A stretch of 64,000 nt of DNA from an uncultured Spirochaetota bacterium (GTDB lineage Bacteria > Spirochaetota > Spirochaetia > SZUA-6 > Fen-1364): NCBI GenBank assembly GCA_963734545.1, contig CAVTHO010000005.1, forward strand, positions 288,001-352,000, in the 5' to 3' direction. The notes under the pieces were generated by a model. The model was given only the letters and a program-made list of their open reading frames with translations. It was not told the DNA's origin and searched no databases. The position numbers were made by a program, and so were the translations under genes. Below are positions 52,937 to 64,000 of the stretch, piece after piece (position 1 is the first letter of the stretch; every line of letters begins with the position of its first letter).

Positions 52937-54455
52937 TCAACCAAGGACGACCTGCTCCGCGGTACAGATCACGTTGTAGAGATCTGCCGCGGTTGCCGCG
53001 TCCTCCAGCCGGCCCTCCAGAAAATCGCTTTCGAAAATCCCGGCGATGTGAGAGAGAAGAATCTGGTGGATCCGGGGCGTGTCTGCCGGTGTGAGGAGAA
53101 TGAACAGGAGATTGATGTCCTCTCCAGGAACCGGCGACGGGAGCGGGGTCTTCATGCGCGCCACGATCACCATGGGGCTCACGAGGCGGGAAAGACGGGC
53201 ATGAGGGATCGCAAGGCGCCTGCCCACGTAGCTGCTGCCGAGCCTCTCGCGTTCAGCGACAGACATGATGATCGCGTCCCTCGACACGGGAAGGTCCGAA
53301 ACCTTGATGCGCTGAAGGGCATTGCGGGTCGCGGAAAGGATGCTGGTTCCTTCGATATTCAGAAGCGTATGCTCAGGGCTCAACAAGTCCGAGAGACGGA
53401 CCGGCGGCTCCGTGGGATACTCCTCCTCTATCGTGCCGATCACCTCTTCCACCGCATCTTCCAGGGTGATAATGCCGGTCCAGCGTCCGTCTTCGGCAAA
53501 CACGAGCGCCATGTGACACGCCTTTCGCTGCATCTCGGAAAGCCGCTGTTCCAGCGGGTCTTGTTCCTTGAATTGGAGACAGGGTCGGAGAAAAGCCCGC
53601 AGCTCGCTGCTGTCCTTTCCCGCGCGCTCGGCGAGAAAGAGGTCCTTGATATGCACATACCCGAGCGGCTTCTCGGGATCCTCGCCTATCAGCGGGTAGC
53701 GAGAGAACCGATATTCCGCAACCACGCTGTCATTCTCCGATCTGGACGCCCCCAGGCGGAGGCATCTGACCAGTCGTCGTGCCCGCATCGCATTTCGCAC
53801 GCTCAAGGTCCCCATGTCGAGAACGTTTTCTATGTGAAGGAGGCGCCGAAACGAGAGCATGCCGCTCGACTGGGACTCGTCGAGTATGATCCTGATCTCC
53901 TGCTCGGAGTGGATGCCGTGCCCGGTGACCGGCGGCAGGCGGAAAATGCGGAGAATTCCATTGACAGTGCTGTTGAGCAGCCAGATGGGAGCAATGAAGA
54001 TGTATCGGAAAACCACCATCGGAAACGCTGTGAACAGGGCGGCCTTCTCGGTCCTTCGAATTGCGACAGATTTCGGTACGAGCTCTCCAATCACGATATG
54101 CAGGAACGACACGAGCAGGTAGGCGACCGCAACGGCGATTCCGTGGGCCGTGACTGTCGTAGCTATTCCAGTAATGCCGATCCGTTTTACGACAGGGAAC
54201 AGGAGCTCGGCAAAAGCGGGCTCACCCACAAAGCCCAATCCGATGCTCGCCAGCGTGATACCCACCTGGCACACGGAAAGGTACTCATCCAGGTGGGCCT
54301 GGATCCGCTCCATCGTTTTGCGCTTTCCGGTTGCCCGCTGAGGCGAGAGCCTCGATCTGGGTTGGCCTTGCCTTGACGGCTGCGAACTCGGCAAGCACGA
54401 AGAACGCATTGAGAAGAATGAGCAACAAGGCGAGCAGGAGATAGAGCGCCATCAT
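52937..54455 (-). CDS. CNNM/CBS (hemolysin/CorB-like) protein fused to a PTS EIIA domain; frameshift near 54320
   Basis: NAFFVLAEFA, QVGIT, GELVPKS, FSRYP, TLEDAVEEVIG, then ERERLGSS...AIPH. Confidence 0.85.
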
Positions 54456-54633
54456 TGGATCAGCCGGGAGACCTCCTGATCACCAGAGTAGATCGCAGCG
54501 CGCAGGTTGTGAATGGGGCCAGGGAAGCATCGCAGGATAGACTGGCGGTTTTCCTGCGCCATGGTCAACAGCTTGTCTGGGTCAGAGAACACGAGCAAGA
54601 GCCGCCACACCTCAGACGCAGGCCCACGCCCGA

Positions 54634-54664
54634 GTTTCACGTGGAACTTGACGGTGAAACAACT
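54634..54664. repeat. 31-bp direct repeat, copy 1, containing parS
   Basis: GTTTCACGTGGAACTTGACGGTGAAACAACT; first 14 nt match the parS core. Confidence 0.8.
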
Positions 54665-54727
54665 GCTCGGTTTTCCCGGCCTATCGCGCCGAGCAAATGG
54701 CGAGCGTACAGGGAAGGCTTACCGATG

Positions 54728-54758
54728 GTTTCACGTGGAACTTGACGGTGAAACAACT
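54728..54758. repeat. 31-bp direct repeat, copy 2, containing parS
   Basis: Identical to copy 1, 94-bp period. Confidence 0.8.
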
Positions 54759-54770
54759 CGCTTGTAGACT
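54742..54770 (+). promoter_or_regulatory. Sigma70-like promoter of the LAGLIDADG-like gene, embedded in repeat copy 2
   Basis: TTGACG-N17-TAGACT, 12 nt before the ATG. Confidence 0.6.
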
Positions 54771-54782
54771 GGCGAAAGCACC

Positions 54783-55106
54783 ATGAATGACTTCGAAGAA
54801 GGCTTTCTTCTGGGCGTTCTGGTCGGCGAAGGCCACTTCGGCGGCGATGGCCGCCAGCCCCAGGTGACCCTGCGCATGCACGTACGACACGAAGAGCTCT
54901 TCCACTGGCTTGCTGCAAGCGTACCCGGCTCAAAGCTGTACGGCCCGTACCATCACGGAGGCAGGGACTACTATCAGTGGATGGTCCGAGGCAAGGCGCT
55001 GCGCGAGGAGTTACTGCCGCTCCTCACGCGTCACATGAATGAAGTAGACGCACATGTCCGAGAGCGGATAATGATCATGATAGACAGGTACAAACTCAAA
55101 GAGTAG
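54783..55106 (+). CDS. Single-motif LAGLIDADG-like protein (107 aa)
   Basis: [12 protein letters not shown] helix followed by beta-strand-like segments ([21 protein letters not shown]). Confidence 0.7.
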   Translation: MNDFEEGFLLGVLVGEGHFGGDGRQPQVTLRMHVRHEELFHWLAASVPGSKLYGPYHHGGRDYYQWMVRGKALREELLPLLTRHMNEVDAHVRERIMIMIDRYKLKE

Positions 55107-55109
55107 GGC

Positions 55110-57616
55110 TTATTCTTCTTCCACGGGCCGTTGGATTCCTGCCCCAACCCGGCCTCCTCCGTCTCTGCTGGCTGTCCTGCCGCGGGCTGCTCATCCTTCA
55201 CCACCCGCGCGACACCCACCACGACATCGGGCTTCGTGATATTCACGATGTGCACGCCCATCGCGGCCTTTCCGAGTGTTGCGACCTCGGCAAGCCTGAG
55301 CTTCAGCGTGTTCCCCTGCGAAGTGATGCACACCAGATCGTCCTTGTCGCTCACGGAGAGAACGCCGACGACCTCGCCGGTCTTCTCAGAGGTCTTGTAG
55401 CAGATCTGGCCGCGTGTTCCTCTGCCGTGAGCCGAGAAATTGTCATACTCGGTTCGTTTGCCGAATCCGAACTCGCTCACCAGGAGCAGTTGTTCACCCT
55501 TTTGAATCGACGTCACACCCGCCAATTCGTCCTTGTCGGAAAGCCTGATCCCCTGAACGCCGTGTGAAGATCTTCCCATGGCGCGCACCGCCTTCTCGTG
55601 GAAACGAAGCGCAATGCCCTTCCGGGTGACCAGCACGACTTCCACCCGCCCCGTGGTGAGCAGAGCGGTGACCAGGCTGTCTCCCGGGTCCAGCTTGATG
55701 GCCACGATTCCCCGGGTCTTCGCGTTGGCGAAATCGGAAATCTTCACCTTCTTCACGACGCCCTGCCGGGTAGCCATGAGCACGAACTTGTCGTCGGTAA
55801 AATTGCGCTGGCTGACAACGGCGGTGATCTCTTCCTCGCTGCCAAGGGAGAGCAGCACCTTGATGCTCTGGCCCTTCGCCTGTCTGCTGCTTTCAGGGAT
55901 TTCGTGCACTTTGACCCAGTACGCTTTGCCCTGGTTCGTGATGAACAGCACGTAGTCGTGCGTGGAAGCGATGAAGAACTGCTCGACGAAATCGTCCTCT
56001 TTCAGTACGGCGGACGACGAGCCTTTGCCGCCCCTCCCCTGCCGCCTGTAGGCAGTGACGGGAATACGCTTGATGTAGCCGCGGTTGGAAATGAGGATGA
56101 CCATGTCCTCTTCGGTGATCAGGTCCTCGACATTGATCTGCTCGGCCTCTTCTTCCACGATCTCCGTCCGTCTCTCGTCCCCGAACTTCTTCGAAATCTC
56201 GGCAGTCTCCTCTTTCACGACGCCAAGAATCTTCGATTCACTGGACAGGAGGTCTTTCAAATGCTCGATGAGGGCGAGCACCTCGTTCAGCTCCTCGACG
56301 ATCTTCTGCACTTCCAGGCTGGTCAGGCGCTGCAGACGCATGTCCAGAATGGCCTGCGCCTGCTTCTCCGAAAAGGCGAATCGCGCCATGAGATTCACCC
56401 GCGCGGACTCGACGTTTTCCGACTTCTTGATGATGGCGATCACTTCGTCGATGTTTTCGAGGGCGATCTTCAGCCCTTCCAGTATGTGGGCGCGCTCCTC
56501 CGCCTTCGTGAGGTCGAACCTGGTTCTGCGGGTGACCACTTCCTTGCGGTGCGCGATGAAGTGCTCGAGCATTTGCTTCAGGGAGAGCGTCTGCGGAAGC
56601 CCGTTGACGAGCGCCAGGCTGATGACACCAAAGGCGGTCTGAAGCTGCGTATGCGCAAAGAGCTGGTTCAGGATGACCTTGGGTGCGACGCCTTTTCTCA
56701 GATCGATGACGATCCGCATGCCGCGCCTGTCCGATTCGTCGTTCAGGTCGACGATCCCGTCGATCTTCTTCTCTTTCACCAGATCGGCGATACGCACGAT
56801 CAAGGCTGATTTGTTCACCTGGTAGGGTATCTCGGTGACGATGATCGAGTCCTTCCCCGAGCTCCCGCTTTCCACCGATACCCTTGCTCTGACAATGATC
56901 TTGCCCCTGCCGGTCAGATAGGCATCCCGGATTCCTTTTCTGCCCAGGATGATCCCTCCCGTGGGAAAGTCAGGCCCTCGCACCGCCTTCATGAGCTCTT
57001 CGGGAGCTGCCTGGGGATTGTCGATCAGAATTGCGACGGCGGAGCAGATCTCCGTCAGGTTTTGTGGCGGAATGTTGGTGGCCATGCCGACGGCGATTCC
57101 GCTGGATCCATTGGCAAGAAGAAACGGAAAAGCCGCGGGCAGGACGAGGGGCTCTTCCTGGGATCCATCGTAGTTGGGCCCGAAATCCACCGTTTCCTTG
57201 TTGATGTCCCGCAGCATCTCCTCCGCGATGCGGTTCATCCGCGCCTCGGTGTATCGCACGGCAGCGGGCGGATCGCCGTCAATGGAGCCGAAGTTGCCCT
57301 GGCCGTCGACCACCGGGTAGCGCATGTTGAAATCCTGGGCCAGGCGGACCAGGGAATCGTAGATGGCCATGTCGCCATGGGGATGGTATTTTCCAAGGAC
57401 GTCCCCGGTAATCCTCGCGCACTTCTTGTAGGGCCTGTCGGCGTGCAGCCCCATCTCGTTCATGCCGAAGAGGATCCGCCGATGAACGGGCTTCAATCCG
57501 TCACGGACGTCCGGAAGGGCGCGCGACACGATGACCGACATCGCATAGTTGAGATAAGAGGTCTTGACCTCATCTTCGATCGCCATTGAAATGGTGCGGG
57601 ATTTCACGTCAGACAC
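55110..57616 (-). CDS. gyrA: DNA gyrase subunit A; probable indel near 55125, likely true end GPVEEE*
   Basis: [22 protein letters not shown], GyrA box QGRGGKG. Confidence 0.97.
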
Positions 57617-57637
57617 GATTCGGTCTCCCTCTCAGGA

Positions 57638-60078
<2,441 letters not shown>

Positions 60079-60104
60079 ACTGGCGATAAGAAGGGGAAAA
60101 TCCC

Positions 60105-61472
60105 ATGGAGACGGGCAAGCGTAGCTACGAGGCCTTCTGGAAACAGGCCGCAAAAGAGGTTGCTCAGAACATTTCCGAGCAGGAGTTCGCCACCTGGTTC
60201 CGCGGGATCGAGTACGCGGGCAGCGGGGACTCCCAAATCACCCTTTCCGTCCCCTCGTCATTTGTGAAAGACCAGTTTTCGCAGAGATATCTCACGCAGG
60301 TGGAGGAGAAGCTGGCAGAACTTGCTGGTCACGAGCTCACTGTGAAGTTTTCCATACAGAAAAAGACCACGGGCCGCGCAGGCCACGAAGAAATCTCGAA
60401 AGGCCAGAAAGCAGAGGACGCGGGAACCCGCAAACGCCAGCACCCTCAGCTTAACAAGGAGTACACATTCGAGAGATTCATAATCGGGGAATCCAACTCT
60501 TTTGCGGCAAATGCCGCGCTCGCCATCTCCAGGAACCCCGGAACCGGCTACAATCCCTGCCTCATTTACGGCGGGGTCGGCCTTGGAAAGACACACCTCG
60601 TTCAGGCCATCGGCAATTCGGTCTACCGCGAGTTTCCGGATCTGAAAGTGGCCTATGTGACCGTGGAGACCTTTGCCAACGAGTTCATCCTTTCGATCCA
60701 AAAGAAGACCGGGCACCAGTTCAAGAACAAGTACCGGCTGGTGGACGTCCTTCTGATCGACGACATCCAGTTTCTTGAAGGCAAGGAAGGGACCCAGGAG
60801 GAGCTGTTCCACACCTTCAACGCGCTCTACGACGCCAACAAGCAGATGGTCTTCACGTCGGATCGGCCGGTATCAGAAATCCGCAGCCTCTCCGACAGGC
60901 TGCGCAGCCGGTTCGAAAGAGGCCTGAACGTCGACCTGCAGCCGCCCAACTACGAGACACGTATCGCCATCCTCAACCGGAAGGTCGAGGAGAAGAAGGT
61001 GAAGATACTCGACGAGGTCGTCGAGTTGATCTGCCGCAATATCAACACGAACGTAAGAGACCTCGAGAAAGCTCTCACCAAGCTCATAGCCTACGCGGAG
61101 CTGGTCAACAAACACATCACGCTGGATATCGCGCGGCAACAGCTCAAGGACTTTTTCGCGCAGCCCAGCCAGAAGAGCATCACCATCGAGCTGATCCAGA
61201 AGATCGTTTCCGACTATTTCGGACTGTCCTACAAAGACCTGCGCGGAAAACGCAGGACCAAGGCAGTGGCATTCCCGCGGCAGGTGGCAATGTACCTCTC
61301 CCGGGAGCTCACCGAGTATTCGACCACAGAGGTCGGCGCGGAGTTCGGGGGCAGGGACCATACGACGGTCATGCACGCCCGGCAGAAGATAGAGGACAGA
61401 ATGAAGCTGGACCCGAATCTCGAACCCACGCTCCAGGGGCTGGTCAAGAGAATCAAGGAAAACAATGCATAA
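60105..61472 (+). CDS. dnaA: Chromosomal replication initiator DnaA
   Basis: GGVGLGKTHL, LIDDIQF, RLRSRF, GGRDHTTV. Confidence 0.98.
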   Translation: METGKRSYEAFWKQAAKEVAQNISEQEFATWFRGIEYAGSGDSQITLSVPSSFVKDQFSQRYLTQVEEKLAELAGHELTVKFSIQKKTTGRAGHEEISKGQKAEDAGTRKRQHPQLNKEYTFERFIIGESNSFAANAALAISRNPGTGYNPCLIYGGVGLGKTHLVQAIGNSVYREFPDLKVAYVTVETFANEFILSIQKKTGHQFKNKYRLVDVLLIDDIQFLEGKEGTQEELFHTFNALYDANKQMVFTSDRPVSEIRSLSDRLRSRFERGLNVDLQPPNYETRIAILNRKVEEKKVKILDEVVELICRNINTNVRDLEKALTKLIAYAELVNKHITLDIARQQLKDFFAQPSQKSITIELIQKIVSDYFGLSYKDLRGKRRTKAVAFPRQVAMYLSRELTEYSTTEVGAEFGGRDHTTVMHARQKIEDRMKLDPNLEPTLQGLVKRIKENNA

Positions 61473-61730
61473 TGCCTGGGGACACCCTGTGCATAGCCGA
61501 CACCAAATGACCCCTTTGTCTGAGGACTGCTCTGTTGACAGGAAGGCTGTCATTGTGCGAAATCGCGATGAGGGAAAGAAAAGAATGGCGCATGTGGGCA
61601 ACCTGGGGAAAAGCGGACGCGGTTGTGCCGGAAGACATCTCGTTCACCAGACAGGAATTGGGCTGCTTATCCACAAGTCACCGGTGCCTACCGGTACTAC
61701 CGGTATTCTAGAATTCATTAAAAGCTAGGA
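61473..61730. promoter_or_regulatory. oriC part 2: dnaA-dnaN spacer with a DnaA box and putative unwinding element
   Basis: Perfect TTATCCACA at 61667-61675, then GC tract, CTA-containing repeats and an AT-rich end. Confidence 0.7.
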
Positions 61731-61746
61731 TAAGAAGGAGACGAAT

Positions 61747-62853
61747 ATGAAATTCACCTGCTCGCGTGACGACCTTCTCAAGGAGATTTCGATAGCACAG
61801 GAGGTCATATCCTCCAAGAACTCCCTTTCAGTTCTCTCCAACGTCCTGCTGACAGCCGGAAAGGGTGCCGTGAAGCTCCAGGCCACGGACCTCAAGGTCG
61901 GATTCGAAACGAGCCTTCCCGTGGATGTCGTGCAGGAGGGAACGACGACGGCCTTCTGTGACAAGTTGTTGAATATCCTGAGGTCTCTCCCGGAAGGAGA
62001 GGTGGAACTGGAGCAGGCTGATCCGACCATGCTCCGTATTCGACCGCTTTCGAAGAAAGTCGATTTCCAGCTTCGCTGCATTCCTTCAGACAAGTACCCC
62101 GAGCTTGCGCGCGCTTCCGAGAATATGTATTTCGACTTTCCCCAGAAAGACTTCATCGAAATGGTGTCCAAGACCCTGTTTGCGGTCTCGGATGACGAGA
62201 CCCGATATTTCATGAACGGGATATTCCTGGAAAAACGGGATGACAACCTGATCATGGTTGCCACGGATGGCCGGCGCCTCTCCTATATCTCCCGTCGCAT
62301 TCCGGTGCGCATGGAGAATCTGAAAGGTGTCATCCTGCCCCCGAAGATCCTCACGATCGTGAGAAAGCTCTCCTCGGGAGAGGGTTCGCTTTCACTCGCC
62401 CTGACGGATAAGAACGTTTTTGTCCGCATGGGAGCCACACATCTCTCCTCGAATCTCATCGACGGTCAGTTCCCCGACTACCGAAGGGTCATTCCCGACG
62501 CCCAGAAGTACAGGGCATTCGTGGAAAAGAAGGCGCTCGAAGACGCCCTGCGCCGCGTGTCCCTGCTCGTGGAGCAGAAGTCACGCAAGGTTGTGTTCTC
62601 CCTTGCGGACGGGGCTCTCACTGTCTTTTCCAAGGAGAGCGAGCTGGGCGTTGCGACGGAAGAGCTTCCCTGCGAGTACGAGGGGCCCGAGATGTCCTTC
62701 GCCGTGAACTGCCTGTACATGAGCGAGCCGCTGCGCGAGCTGGCAGTGGAGAAGGTTCTCCTGGAGTTCAGCGACGTGAACAAGGCCATCACCCTCAAGC
62801 CCGTTCCGGAGGACGGTTATACGAACGTCATCATGCCCATGCAGCTGGATTGA
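61747..62853 (+). CDS. dnaN: DNA polymerase III beta clamp
   Basis: ATDL, DETRYFMNG, ATDGRRL, GQFPDYRRVIP, IMPM. Confidence 0.97.
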   Translation: MKFTCSRDDLLKEISIAQEVISSKNSLSVLSNVLLTAGKGAVKLQATDLKVGFETSLPVDVVQEGTTTAFCDKLLNILRSLPEGEVELEQADPTMLRIRPLSKKVDFQLRCIPSDKYPELARASENMYFDFPQKDFIEMVSKTLFAVSDDETRYFMNGIFLEKRDDNLIMVATDGRRLSYISRRIPVRMENLKGVILPPKILTIVRKLSSGEGSLSLALTDKNVFVRMGATHLSSNLIDGQFPDYRRVIPDAQKYRAFVEKKALEDALRRVSLLVEQKSRKVVFSLADGALTVFSKESELGVATEELPCEYEGPEMSFAVNCLYMSEPLRELAVEKVLLEFSDVNKAITLKPVPEDGYTNVIMPMQLD

Positions 62854-63935
62854 TGGGCTTTGAGAGGCTGAGGTTCTATAATTTTCGCAATCTGAGAGAT
62901 CGAGAGCTCGACTGCCGGTCGCGGGAGATCTTCCTCGTCGGGGAAAACGGCCAGGGCAAGACCAACTTGCTGGAAGCGGTACACCTGCTTTCGCTTGGCT
63001 CGTCATTTCGGGAGAAACGGGAGTCCGCATTTGTGCGTGACCCTTCGTCAGCCACTGGTCTGCATGGCCGGGTGACGAGCCCCGAGCGGGGAGAAAAGAC
63101 CCTGTCGCTTCGCTTGTCTCCCGGGCACAAGAAAGAGTTCAGGGTCAACGACAAAGCGCTCGCCGAGCGCCGGGACCTCCTTTCGGAGGTCCTTTGCATT
63201 GCGTTTGTCCAGCAGGATATGGATTTCGTGACGGGGGCTCCCGAAGACAGGCGGAGGTTTTTCGACCAGACACTGGTGCTTTCTGACCTCTCGTTCCTGG
63301 ACTCCCTCCGCGACTACCGGCGCGTGCTCAGAGCGCGGAACCTCTGCCTCAAGGAAGACAGGGAGGATCTCCTTGACGTCTATGATGCGCAGCTCTCCGG
63401 CCTGGGCCTTTCCCTGCAGGCCAGGCGGGCCGGGCTCGTCGCGGAGTTCAATGGCGTGTTTTCGCCCCTCTTCCGCGAGATAACGGGCAGCGAAGAGGGC
63501 CTGCAAATCCGCTATCGGCCTTCCTGGGGCGGGCTCGGCAATGTGGATGACGTCATGGCCCACCTTGCCGCCCAAAGGACCCGTGATCGTCTGCTGGCGG
63601 CCACAACTTCGGGTCCTCACCGGGATGCCTGCTCCTATATTCAGGCGGGAAAGGACTACACGCATCTCGCCTCCACGGGGCAGCTTCGGCTCTGTGCCCT
63701 GGTGCTCCGTGTTGCCCAGGCCCGATTCCTGGCAGACAGGACCGGCCGCAAGCCGATCCTGCTGCTGGACGATGTGCTCCTCGAGCTCGATCCCGTCCGG
63801 AAAAGGGAGTTCATTGCCCGGTTCCCCCCCTATGAACAAGCCTTCTTCACTTTCCTGCCCGACGAAAGCTGGCAGTCTTTCAGGACACCCGATACCCTGG
63901 TGCTCACGGTCGCAAATGGAGATTTTCTGCCGTGA
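62853..63935 (+). CDS. recF: DNA replication and repair protein RecF
   Basis: NFRN, GENGQGKTN, GPHRD, STGQ, LLDDVLLELD. Confidence 0.95.
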   Translation: MGFERLRFYNFRNLRDRELDCRSREIFLVGENGQGKTNLLEAVHLLSLGSSFREKRESAFVRDPSSATGLHGRVTSPERGEKTLSLRLSPGHKKEFRVNDKALAERRDLLSEVLCIAFVQQDMDFVTGAPEDRRRFFDQTLVLSDLSFLDSLRDYRRVLRARNLCLKEDREDLLDVYDAQLSGLGLSLQARRAGLVAEFNGVFSPLFREITGSEEGLQIRYRPSWGGLGNVDDVMAHLAAQRTRDRLLAATTSGPHRDACSYIQAGKDYTHLASTGQLRLCALVLRVAQARFLADRTGRKPILLLDDVLLELDPVRKREFIARFPPYEQAFFTFLPDESWQSFRTPDTLVLTVANGDFLP

Positions 63936-64000
63936 AGAAAGTCGGCGAAATACTCAAAGACTTCCTCCGGGAGAAGGGCTGGCTGGCGGGAAATCCGTAC
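63932..64000 (+). CDS. 5' fragment of a probable DUF721/DciA family protein
   Basis: GTG overlapping the recF stop, MKKVGEILKDF; identity inferred from position only. Confidence 0.45.
   Translation, partial: MKKVGEILKDFLREKGWLAGNPY

Noticed and set aside
54634-54758. CRISPR mini-array (repeat begins GTTTC and contains GAAAC)
   Set aside because: Only two copies, the 63-bp spacer is too long, there are no cas genes, and the parS core explains the motif.
54456-55110. Group I intron or intein hosting the LAGLIDADG ORF
   Set aside because: No interrupted gene, intron core or intein splice motifs are visible, and the ORF has its own promoter-like sequence.
55031-55110. 76-nt antisense overlap of the gyrA tail with the LAGLIDADG gene
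   Set aside because: Restoring one base near 55125 gives the acidic end GPVEEE* at 55110, which removes the overlap.

Overview
GC-rich bacterial chromosomal segment containing the replication origin. Gene order suggests a free-living anaerobic spirochaete (inference): gyrA-gyrB divergent from dnaA-dnaN-recF-DUF721, a TatT-associated TRAP system and tRNA-Arg(GCG). Core content: glnS; a gatC-gatA-gatB-aspS(non-discriminating) operon; recR-ebfC-dnaX; SRP RNA; five tRNAs (all four Ser isoacceptors plus Arg-GCG); parAB; nrdDG; split purH with an archaeal-type glyA; purine salvage genes; a nucleoside ABC transporter; a membrane adenylate cyclase. No CRISPR array, integrase, transposase or prophage is evident. 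At least nine single-base frameshifts, some in essential genes, point to assembly indel errors. Top leads: (1) a stand-alone single-motif LAGLIDADG mini-protein whose promoter sits inside one of two identical 31-bp parS-containing repeats about 5 kb from oriC; (2) GatB fused to an asparaginase/GatD-like domain lacking the first catalytic Thr; (3) a dispersed, covarying hairpin family presenting CsrA-type ANGGA loops at three loci, one inside the tRNA operon; (4) a 43-bp tandem repeat in the gyrB-dnaA interval. All calls come from reading the sequence; no database search was run.
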